NCBI GenBank assembly: GCA_052389415.1
Contig: JBQTHX010000014.1
Coordinates: 10,850-42,849, forward strand
Source of the DNA: Nitrosopumilaceae archaeon
GTDB lineage: Archaea; Thermoproteota; Nitrososphaeria; Nitrososphaerales; Nitrosopumilaceae
Direction of reading: 5' to 3'
DNA length: 32,000 bases
Shown here: positions 18,009-26,104 of the stretch, piece after piece
How the letters are laid out: each line of letters starts with the position of its first letter
Numbering within the stretch: the stretch's first letter is position 1
Made by a program: the position numbers and the translations under genes
Notes under the pieces: generated by a model
The model's database searches: none
Told to the model about the DNA's origin: nothing
The model's input: the letters and a program-made list of their open reading frames with translations, nothing else

Positions 18009-18643
18009 TTACCAACAAAGGTCAGTCCATAGAAGACAAAAGCATGGAAATTATAGAAAATGAGATTGGACCTCATTCATATAATGAATTTGAATGGCCA
18101 ATAGTTAGAAGAGTAATTCATGCAACTGCAGACTTTGATTTTGCAAGAAAAAACATGATTATTTTTCATAAAAATGCCATATCAAGTGGCATTAATGCCT
18201 TGAAGAGTGGCTGTAATATCATTGTGGACGTAAATAGTGTCATAGGTGGTCTAAACAAGGAAAACTTGAAAGAGTTTGGAAACAAGGCGATTTGTTACAT
18301 ATCGGAACCAAATATTATAGAACAGGCCAAGAAACTAAACAAAACACGCGCCCAGACTTCTATGCGAATGGCTGCTTCAGATATGAATGGAGGTGTGGTT
18401 GCAATAGGCAATGCTCCAACAGCACTAGTAGAAGTAATTCAAATGATAAGGGAAAATGTAACACACCCTGCTCTTGTGATTGGAATCCCAGTTGGTTTTG
18501 TGTGCGCAGTAGAATCAAAAGAAAAACTTCAGACACTTGACATGCCATACATTACAAACAAAGGTCGTAAGGGAGGAAGCCCTTGTGCATCTGCAATAGT
18601 AAATGCGCTGTTTAATCTCTTAAAAGAAAAATCAAAAGGCTAA
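18005..18643 (+). CDS. cbiC: Cobalt-precorrin-8 methylmutase CbiC
   Basis: 212 aa with RVIHATADFD and IGNAPTAL motifs. Confidence 0.9.
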   Translation: MITNKGQSIEDKSMEIIENEIGPHSYNEFEWPIVRRVIHATADFDFARKNMIIFHKNAISSGINALKSGCNIIVDVNSVIGGLNKENLKEFGNKAICYISEPNIIEQAKKLNKTRAQTSMRMAASDMNGGVVAIGNAPTALVEVIQMIRENVTHPALVIGIPVGFVCAVESKEKLQTLDMPYITNKGRKGGSPCASAIVNALFNLLKEKSKG

Positions 18644-18717
18644 ACGAGTTTATTGACAAAGAGTAAAAATGATTAACCCCCGCTTTGAAGCCAAAAGCAT
18701 GCTATTGTCGTAAAACT

Positions 18718-20544
18718 TTAGTCTAGAACCTGATTCGTACGATATTTCTTAGCAGAAATTTGTAGTGCCTTCATATTTTCTTTGTATGATAAATCCTTGA
18801 GAGAATCTTTGTTTTCTCTATCTAATTTCCCTACATTACTTGGATAGTAGAACTTGAATTCTTTCTTGTTATCTTCAGTGGAGCTAAATGGATTACCAAT
18901 TAATGACTGTGACACAGTTTGTGCTTTCGTATCTTCGTTGATTATCGATTTATCAAATCCATTATCATGTCTTTCTGATTTTCCAACATATTGTGGATAG
19001 ACTATGGGAAATGATTTAGGATGAACCTGGTTTTCTTCCAATCCTCCAAATGAATTGTAATAAATTAAATTTCCTTCTGAATCAGCATCTGGAATCTCAT
19101 AGTATGGTAGTTTGTAGTATGGTATGATAATATCAGCAGAATCTGGAACAATCAGGTTACTTGCATCTGGATTGACAAGAGGTTCACCATCTATCTTTAG
19201 AGCATCAAATATCTTTATGTCTCCAGAATTTCGTAGTTCATCCCATGTTCGTATGATTACATCAGATGTATCCATTGGTTTTGCAAATGTCAAGTTAAAT
19301 TCAGCAACATACTTGCCATCGTATTCTGATTCTGTGAAATTTACATTAGCAAAGTACCCATTAGGATCTGTGATTCCTAGTGGTTTATCTTCATGATAAA
19401 TGACAAAAGTATCGCTGTTTGATATCTCTCTCTTGTCTTCTCGCAGGTTAGTGTAGAATCCAATATGCTCTACTCCTGTGGAGTCAAATAATATCATCTT
19501 AAATGAGATTGGTTCTCCAGTTTTTCCTGTGTAGGTCTGAATTGTATTTGCATACTGGGTAAGAAGATAGCCATTACCATTAATCGATAGCGGATAGTCT
19601 ATTGAAGAGTCATCAAGCGGTGCAATGGGTGTGAATGGGTCTGCATTTGTAATGAAATTCAAAATGTCACCAACTAATGGAAGACTGGACAGGTTTAACT
19701 TTGGAATAGTAAGTTGAGGTGCAATAAAGTCTCCTCCAGAGGCACCGCCAGCAAGAACATCAAGAACTATTCTGTTTATTACTAGACCTCCGCCAGAGCC
19801 TCCGCCTCCACAACCACTTTCGCCGACGCTTAATACGGCAGTATCGGTATGAGAGGAATCTCCATACGTCACAGTTACTGTATCCCCAAACTCCGCTTTT
19901 ATAGCTCCAAACGAACTACCATCTTGGATCGGTGTTATTTGACCATTTACTATATTTCCACATGGAGGAAAAATGTTGAAGATTTCACCAGATGTTATCT
20001 GAAAAATATTTTCATTGGAAGGACCTGTTGCTGACAGAGTAAAGATTCCTTTGAAAACTCCAGTGTTAGGTCCTGTCTCGGTAATCACCGGTTCAATGAA
20101 CTCTCCATCTCTTGTGTCGACGAATAATGTTAATACATCTATTACATTTGGATCATAGAAATTTTCGTTCACATATGTTGCCTCCAGAGTGGTCTCCAAC
20201 GGGAACTTGTTGTCTCCATTCATCAAATAAAGCTGGGGAACAAGAGTAGTTGGCTCAAGATTGTCAAAAAATCCTGGAAAAACCTCGTTAAGAAGAAGCG
20301 TGATTCCAACAGGATCACTAGTTGTTGTTACAGTAACAGATACTGTTCCAGCTCCTGTCAAAGCTGGATCAAATAAACGGATTTCTACCGGATATGTCCA
20401 AGATAGATCAGTTGCGATGAAATCTACTGTGGCATGGCTTGCGGAAGCAAAAGATGATCCATCAAATAAAATGAAAATTGTTCCTGTAATAATCATTAGA
20501 AAAACTATTTTCATTTTGTCCATTATGTGAAGTTGATTCTTCAA
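18718..20544 (-). CDS. Secreted or surface protein of unknown function
   Basis: 608 aa with an N-terminal signal/anchor KIVFLMIITGTIFILFDGSSFASA. Two beta-rich halves are joined by a Gly-rich linker, GCGGGGSGGG...AGGASGG. There is no C-terminal anchor and I recognise no catalytic motif. Confidence 0.6.
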   Translation of the reverse strand: MKNQLHIMDKMKIVFLMIITGTIFILFDGSSFASASHATVDFIATDLSWTYPVEIRLFDPALTGAGTVSVTVTTTSDPVGITLLLNEVFPGFFDNLEPTTLVPQLYLMNGDNKFPLETTLEATYVNENFYDPNVIDVLTLFVDTRDGEFIEPVITETGPNTGVFKGIFTLSATGPSNENIFQITSGEIFNIFPPCGNIVNGQITPIQDGSSFGAIKAEFGDTVTVTYGDSSHTDTAVLSVGESGCGGGGSGGGLVINRIVLDVLAGGASGGDFIAPQLTIPKLNLSSLPLVGDILNFITNADPFTPIAPLDDSSIDYPLSINGNGYLLTQYANTIQTYTGKTGEPISFKMILFDSTGVEHIGFYTNLREDKREISNSDTFVIYHEDKPLGITDPNGYFANVNFTESEYDGKYVAEFNLTFAKPMDTSDVIIRTWDELRNSGDIKIFDALKIDGEPLVNPDASNLIVPDSADIIIPYYKLPYYEIPDADSEGNLIYYNSFGGLEENQVHPKSFPIVYPQYVGKSERHDNGFDKSIINEDTKAQTVSQSLIGNPFSSTEDNKKEFKFYYPSNVGKLDRENKDSLKDLSYKENMKALQISAKKYRTNQVLD

Positions 20545-20704
20545 GGAATGATAAAAACAAGATCCTGTTTCAGATCTGGAAATTAATAATTTTTATAAAA
20601 AATCATTGAATTTTAACTATAATTCCTTAACATTTATAGCTCCGAAATAACACATACATATGTGAAGTAGCAATGAGGTGCAAATGAGGTAGCACTTTGC
20701 AGGT

Positions 20705-20968
20705 ATGATTGCAGTAATTTCTGTCTCTAAAGCATATTCTCACAGAGGTAATCATAGGCACAGACCTAACACTAAGAAGCATTGGTATGTCTACTATGTC
20801 GATGATGAAGGTAGACTGGGTACAAAGAAAGTAAACTTTCTAGAAGCAATGTTTTACAAGAGTCTCAAGACACATAGATACAAGTATTATTGCCAAGAGT
20901 GCGGAAGTTATTTTCTAGCCTTTTTGAAATCAAAAAAGAAATCCATAGAATGTCCTAATTGTTCATGA
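20705..20968 (+). CDS. Small, very basic protein with a C-terminal CxxC...CxxC zinc ribbon
   Basis: 87 aa with a K/R/H-rich N-terminus (HRGNHRHRPNTKKH) and C-terminal CQECGSYF...CPNCS. Function unknown. Confidence 0.5.
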   Translation: MIAVISVSKAYSHRGNHRHRPNTKKHWYVYYVDDEGRLGTKKVNFLEAMFYKSLKTHRYKYYCQECGSYFLAFLKSKKKSIECPNCS

Positions 20969-20987
20969 ATGTCACTATGTTGGTGAA

Positions 20988-21506
20988 TCAATAACCCAAA
21001 CTGATAACATCTCTGACTTCTTGAAAAATTCTCTGGTGTAATTTAGTATACAGCCTTTTTTTATGGATAAAATAATCAATTGACGTATTGATTAGATCTC
21101 CTGCCAAGGCATTTTTCCATGGTTGTTTATAATCTTGAGGTTCTGTGACACTCAATATTCTTGCAAAAAGGGTTTTCATATCAGTCCTTCTCCATATTCC
21201 TTTATTTTTATCAAGTTCAACATAATCTTCTTTTACAAGAGGTCTAAAAATGTCTTCTAATTGTACATCATTTGCAATTTCACAAATCAGTTGCAGATCT
21301 AGTATTGCATTTTGAGCCGTATGCTTTATTCTCCACCAAAAATCAGAATCCTCTGTTTGCCGTTCCTTTTTCTTTAAACCCAACAGTCTTTTTTTCTGAT
21401 TTGGACTAAGAAACCCTCTATTTTTGAGAAGAAATCCATATCTCATTCTTAAACGTTCTAACTGATTTTGATTCAATTCTCGTGTATATTCACGATAACT
21501 ACCCAT
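20988..21506 (-). CDS. Hypothetical protein
   Basis: 172 aa, predicted helical and charged, with no motif I recognise. ATG start with a TATA-like GATATAA about 20-25 nt upstream, which would fit a leaderless transcript. Confidence 0.55.
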   Translation of the reverse strand: MGSYREYTRELNQNQLERLRMRYGFLLKNRGFLSPNQKKRLLGLKKKERQTEDSDFWWRIKHTAQNAILDLQLICEIANDVQLEDIFRPLVKEDYVELDKNKGIWRRTDMKTLFARILSVTEPQDYKQPWKNALAGDLINTSIDYFIHKKRLYTKLHQRIFQEVRDVISLGY

Positions 21507-21745
21507 ATTCTCATTGAATTATTGTTATATCCTTTCAGATTATGATATTCATTGAATAAAATCAACAAACTTGAGAAAGAGAGAAAAGATCACGGAATTT
21601 GACACTGAAAGAACACATAAACCACTACAACGTAAAATTCCTAAAAGGCTACGGATTCTCAGTCAATGTCAATGTCTCTTTAGAAGAATAATTCATAGGA
21701 ATAGACATAGATTCATTCATAATTTTAGAATTAGATTTTTGTAAC

Positions 21746-23101
21746 TTATCTTCTGGAATGTTTCATACAGTTTTGAACAAAATTTCTTGCAATTCCTGGT
21801 AATCCAAAATGTATATGCATGTATGAAGCTAGGGTGTTATATTGCATCAAACCATCTTTTTGGTTTTTTATACCAATACCAATGGATAGATCATAAGCAA
21901 ATTTGGAATCCTTTGGTACTGACTCTAGCTCAGAAAAATGAAACTCATGTCCTTGTATTGTGCTTGAAGTCTTTGCTATAAGACAATCATTTACTATTTT
22001 TGCTTTAGTATAGTTTAGCTTGAGTTTTTTTTGCATCTTTGTTGTAGCATCATAAAGGCCCACCATCTTAAATTTTTTAGAACCATAATCAATTGATCTT
22101 GTAAGATACATCAAACCACCGCATTCTGCATAGATTGGAGTCCTAGACTCGGCAAGTGTCTTGATGTTTTTTTGTATTCTGGAGTTTTTCTCAAGTGCCT
22201 CACCCATCACTTCAGGAAAACCACCTCCAATGTAGATTCCATCACAGTCAGGTACCTCCAAGTCAGATACAGGACTAAAAAACTCTAACCTTGCTCCTTC
22301 TTTTTGTAGGGCATCCAAATTATCCTGATAATAAAAATTAAAGGATTCATCCAGTGCAACCGCAATTGTTGTTTTCTGTTTTGGATTTTTTTCCTTAGGA
22401 ATTGAACCAAAAGATGGAATTTTGCTTCCAATCTGGATGATTTTGCCAATATCGATAAAACTTGACATTGCTTTTGCTATTTTTGATATCTTTGACTGAA
22501 GCCGTCTTTGTTCAGAAACTGGAATCAATCCAAGGTGTCTTGATTCCATTGTAAGATCAGGATCCCTTGGAATAACACCAACAATAGGAATATTCAATGA
22601 AGAAAGTGCCTGCCTACAGAGATTCTCATGTTTTTTGCTACCAACCTTGTTTAGAATAAAACCAGAAATCCTAGAATTCTTTTGAAATTTCATAAATCCA
22701 AGGGCTGTCGCAGCTATTGAACGTGCAGTTTTGCTTGCGTCTAAAACAAGAACTACAGGAGCTTTTAAAATCTCAGCTACGTGATATGTACTAGAAAAAT
22801 TGGAATCGCCAGAAAATCCATCATAGAATCCCATAACTCCTTCTATCACAGAAAAATCAGAGCTGGAGTTTTTTACAAAACTTGTTTCAACTGCCCTCAA
22901 ACCCATAAGCCAAGGATCCAAGTTTCGTGCAGGATTACCAGAAACTGCGGAAAGATAGCTTGGATCTATAAAATCTGGCCCAACCTTGAATGGCTGTACA
23001 GAATATCCACTTTTTTTGATACCGTGTATAATTGCTGCAGTAATTGAGGTCTTGCCAACACCGCTTGATGTTCCTGCAATAACAATTCGTGGAATTTTCA
23101 T
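21746..23101 (-). CDS. cbiA: Cobyrinate a,c-diamide synthase CbiA/CobB
   Basis: 451 aa with an N-terminal ATPase region VIAGTSSGVGKTSIT and KVGPDFIDPSY, and a C-terminal glutamine amidotransferase region YAECGGLMYL and GHEFHFS. Confidence 0.9.
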   Translation of the reverse strand: MKIPRIVIAGTSSGVGKTSITAAIIHGIKKSGYSVQPFKVGPDFIDPSYLSAVSGNPARNLDPWLMGLRAVETSFVKNSSSDFSVIEGVMGFYDGFSGDSNFSSTYHVAEILKAPVVLVLDASKTARSIAATALGFMKFQKNSRISGFILNKVGSKKHENLCRQALSSLNIPIVGVIPRDPDLTMESRHLGLIPVSEQRRLQSKISKIAKAMSSFIDIGKIIQIGSKIPSFGSIPKEKNPKQKTTIAVALDESFNFYYQDNLDALQKEGARLEFFSPVSDLEVPDCDGIYIGGGFPEVMGEALEKNSRIQKNIKTLAESRTPIYAECGGLMYLTRSIDYGSKKFKMVGLYDATTKMQKKLKLNYTKAKIVNDCLIAKTSSTIQGHEFHFSELESVPKDSKFAYDLSIGIGIKNQKDGLMQYNTLASYMHIHFGLPGIARNFVQNCMKHSRR

Positions 23102-24357
23102 GAACCTGTTCCTGTTATGTTTTTTATCATATCAAAAAGTTGTCTAACTGCCAATTTAGGATGATGTGTTGCCAGACCAATCATACTTGAAATGCTAAAA
23201 TCTGCTTTAATAAAGTCAAGAAATTCTTCAGGTGATAGCTCATTTATTATCTCAATCTCTTTATCCCATTCTTTATCGGTTAGCCTAAGCCATCTACTTT
23301 GTACTTTGATAGCAGCCTTAATCTTTGAGCCTATAGCTTTTTTCCAATAATCTTCGTATGGTTTTAACGATTCTTTTGACGTATTACCTTGTAAAATAGA
23401 TTCAGCTCCTACCTGTCCAGCTAGACGACCAAACTCAATTGCATATCTAATTCCTTCAAGTACCAAGGGATTGGCATGCCCTGCTGCATCACCAACAAGT
23501 ATCAGGTTATCAGCAACCGTATCATGTGTTAAACCTTCATTTGGTATTAGTCCATAATGGAATTCAATGGGAATTATTTTTCCTAGTTGAGCTAATGGAC
23601 CAGGTTTTTTGTCAACAAGTTCTAGTAAGCGTTGTGTAGGATCCACTTGTGACTCCGGTTTTCCTATACCAACACCAATTCTTACTTTATTCTTACCTAA
23701 TGGGAAAATCCATGCATAGCCAGCAGGAGAATATTGTTGCCCTACCATCAGAGCCCATGTTTCTGGATCAACATTTTCTACATAGGCTTCATATTCTGCT
23801 CCAACTCCAAATCTTTTCCATTGTTGAACTATACCAAGATTTTTCCCAACTATTGAGTGAAAACCACTTGCGTCAATTACAAGTTTAGAGTTAAAAATTA
23901 GATCGTCTTTTAGAGACGTCGCTTTAACTCCTACTAGTTTACCTACATTGATCAAAGGTGATACCACATTAGTTCGTACAAAAATATCTGCACCTACATT
24001 AGCTGCTTGATATGCCAAAAACTGGTAAGTTTTTCGAACATCTAAAACTGCTGCTTGATATTCACTACTATGTATTGTTACTTGATTATTTGGTGAATAA
24101 AAAGAGTAATTTTTTATAGGATTATAAAAATCGGGTGTAATCCCAAATTTTTTAATCTCGTTAATCCAAGTTACCCCACTAGTTCTAATAGTTTGTGCAA
24201 TCGCTTCTTCTCTTTCAAGCACTGCTACACGTATTCCTTTTTTTGCAGCTGCCCATGCAGCAGATGAACCTGCAGGTCCTGCACCTACAATTACTAAATC
24301 ATAATTGTATTCCTTAGTCATCAAATCACCATCTTTAAAGCGAAGATTATAAACCAC
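23098..24357 (-). CDS. FAD-dependent oxidoreductase of the geranylgeranyl reductase family
   Basis: Motifs DLVIVGAGPAGSSAA, GYAWIFP and LVGDAAGHANP. The track start is a GTG at 24357. The ATG at 24321 (MTKEYNYDLVIVG) is the more likely start. Its stop overlaps the cbiA ATG (ATGA). Confidence 0.85.
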   Translation of the reverse strand: MVYNLRFKDGDLMTKEYNYDLVIVGAGPAGSSAAWAAAKKGIRVAVLEREEAIAQTIRTSGVTWINEIKKFGITPDFYNPIKNYSFYSPNNQVTIHSSEYQAAVLDVRKTYQFLAYQAANVGADIFVRTNVVSPLINVGKLVGVKATSLKDDLIFNSKLVIDASGFHSIVGKNLGIVQQWKRFGVGAEYEAYVENVDPETWALMVGQQYSPAGYAWIFPLGKNKVRIGVGIGKPESQVDPTQRLLELVDKKPGPLAQLGKIIPIEFHYGLIPNEGLTHDTVADNLILVGDAAGHANPLVLEGIRYAIEFGRLAGQVGAESILQGNTSKESLKPYEDYWKKAIGSKIKAAIKVQSRWLRLTDKEWDKEIEIINELSPEEFLDFIKADFSISSMIGLATHHPKLAVRQLFDMIKNITGTGS

Positions 24358-24443
24358 TCATTTTTTTGTTTCATTTATTTTTGGTTTAAACTTTTAAGAA
24401 ATCCCTTCAGTGAGTGTTTATTATGAATTGGATTGATCTGTGG

Positions 24444-24460
24444 ATAACCGTCGTGGTTAT
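24444..24460. repeat. Inverted repeat ATAACC-N5-GGTTAT, 6 nt upstream of the cobO start codon
   Basis: Read directly: ATAACC at 24444-24449, loop GTCGT, GGTTAT at 24455-24460. Function unknown. Confidence 0.5.
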
Positions 24461-24465
24461 TTATA

Positions 24466-25020
24466 ATGAATATTGAATTACATAGTATGGGAGAAAATGG
24501 ACTTGTTATTGTTTATACAGGTAAAGGAAAAGGTAAAACCACTGCTGCCCTTGGAATAGCATTACGTGCTGTAGGATATAATTACAAAATTTGTATGATA
24601 CAATTCATCAAAGGTTCATGGCACTATGGTGAAATGATTTCCTCAAAAAGATTAGAGCCAGAATTTGAGCTTACTGCTGTTGGTAAGGGTTTTGTTGGAA
24701 TTATTGATGACAAGAGTCCTCTTGATGAACATAAAAAAATCGCCCAAGAAGCATTACAACTATGCAAAGAAAAAATTGGAACCGAAAAATATGATATCAT
24801 TATCCTCGATGAAATAAACTATGCAATAGACCTAGGATTAATAAAACTAGATGATGTATTAGATTTAATTAAAAATAAACCTCAGAAATTAAACCTAATT
24901 CTTACTGGAAATCATGTAAAAAAGGAGATTATTGAAATTGCAGATCTTGTTACTGAGATGAATGAGATAAAACATCCTTTCAAATCTGGTATCAAAGCAA
25001 AGAAAGGTATCGATTTTTAA
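24466..25020 (+). CDS. cobO: Cob(I)yrinic acid a,c-diamide adenosyltransferase (CobO/CobA/BtuR type)
   Basis: 184 aa with the P-loop GKGKGKTTAALG and the DEINYA motif. Confidence 0.9.
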   Translation: MNIELHSMGENGLVIVYTGKGKGKTTAALGIALRAVGYNYKICMIQFIKGSWHYGEMISSKRLEPEFELTAVGKGFVGIIDDKSPLDEHKKIAQEALQLCKEKIGTEKYDIIILDEINYAIDLGLIKLDDVLDLIKNKPQKLNLILTGNHVKKEIIEIADLVTEMNEIKHPFKSGIKAKKGIDF

Positions 25021-25059
25021 TCAGCAACATTAAATTACGCAGGGAAAATTTGAAGAATT

Positions 25060-25860
25060 GTGACTACAGAAATACATGAACTTCCAGAAGTAGGTGAAAT
25101 CGTTGTTGCCACTGTTACAAGAATAGTGGACCAAGGAGCATATGTTAGCCTGGATGAATTCAATAACATTCAAGGATTTTTGCACATATCAGAAATTGCA
25201 ACAGGTTGGATTAGAAGTGTAGAAAAATTTGTTAAGATCGGGGAGAAAAAAATTCTTCTAGTAAAAAGAGTAAATACTGCTAGATCAGAAATAGATTTAT
25301 CGTTAAAACAAGTCTCCTCAGATCAAAAGAAAAAGAAACTTTTAGAATTAAAACGAAATGAAAAAGAACAAGTTCTTATTGATGGTTTGAAGTCAAAAGC
25401 TGGACTTTCACAGACTGAAGTAGAAAAATTGGAGGAAGTTTTGATTAATAAATTCAATTCAATTTACGATGCATTTGCAGAAATAGTATCAAAAGGAATA
25501 ACAGTTTTGGATGGACTGAATCTATCAAAAAAAGTAATTTCAGCAATAGAAGAGATCAGTTCAAAGATTCAAGTTCCACATGTAGAAATACGTGGGGTAT
25601 TGGAAATTACCTGCACAAAACCTGAGGGAATAGAGATTATTAAAAAATCACTTTTTGAAGCCACGGAAAACAAGGATGCTGCTGTAGAAATTAGCTACAT
25701 AGGAGCGCCGAAATATAGATTAACTATTTCTGCACAGGATTTCAAGACTGCTGAAAGAGCACTTAAACCAGTGCTTTCTACAATTCAGGCCTCGATTGAA
25801 AAGAAGGGCGGCACTTTCAAATTTACTAGAGAAGAATCAAAGAAGACCAGAGAGGGATGA
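25060..25860 (+). CDS. eif2a: Translation initiation factor aIF2 alpha subunit
   Basis: 266 aa with the N-terminal S1 domain PEVGEIVVATVTRIVDQGAYVSLDEFNNIQGFLHISEI. The GTG start is obligatory: there is a TGA three codons upstream and no ATG before the S1 domain. Confidence 0.92.
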   Translation: MTTEIHELPEVGEIVVATVTRIVDQGAYVSLDEFNNIQGFLHISEIATGWIRSVEKFVKIGEKKILLVKRVNTARSEIDLSLKQVSSDQKKKKLLELKRNEKEQVLIDGLKSKAGLSQTEVEKLEEVLINKFNSIYDAFAEIVSKGITVLDGLNLSKKVISAIEEISSKIQVPHVEIRGVLEITCTKPEGIEIIKKSLFEATENKDAAVEISYIGAPKYRLTISAQDFKTAERALKPVLSTIQASIEKKGGTFKFTREESKKTREG

Positions 25861-25861
25861 T

Positions 25862-26017
25862 ATGAAATTTCAGATGCGTAAGTGCATCTCCTGTAAAAGG
25901 TATACTCTAAAAGAGGATTGTCCTAGCTGTGGAAATAAAACTGTGACAGTCCATCCTGGAAAATATTCACCTGATGATAAATATGCAAGATACCGAGTTT
26001 CAGATCGTTACAAGTAA
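25862..26017 (+). CDS. nop10: H/ACA RNP protein Nop10
   Basis: 51 aa, MKFQMRKCISCKRYTLKEDCPSCGNKTVTVHPGKYSPDDKYARYR..., with a zinc ribbon and the conserved C-terminal helix. It starts 1 nt after the aIF2-alpha stop. The longer track ORF (from 25796) overlaps aIF2-alpha and is not needed. Confidence 0.85.
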   Translation: MKFQMRKCISCKRYTLKEDCPSCGNKTVTVHPGKYSPDDKYARYRVSDRYK

Positions 26018-26104
26018 ATTTCCCTAAATTTTTAGAATGAACAATGTACATTTTGAGTAGATTTAGAAGTTACAACATATAGGGTTTCAATATCAAACTG
26101 TTGA

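Noticed and set aside
18644-18717. A similar purine-rich string, TTGA[C/G]AAAGAG, at both edges of the three-gene unknown block (near 18653 and near 21572), considered as a possible insertion-site duplication.
   Set aside because: It is only about 10 nt with a mismatch in purine-rich, AT-rich DNA. It is not positioned symmetrically and has no associated recombinase.
21530-21610. Possible C/D-box sRNA, with ATGATA or GTGATC box-C-like and CTGA box-D-like elements about 60 nt apart on either strand.
   Set aside because: The box C matches are imperfect. There are no credible internal D'/C' boxes at the right spacing and no terminal stem. This is compatible with chance.
25796-25861. N-terminal extension of the Nop10 ORF, as given in the track (73 aa).
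   Set aside because: The extension overlaps the aIF2-alpha C-terminus. The ATG at 25862 gives a canonical ~51-aa Nop10 starting 1 nt after the aIF2-alpha stop.
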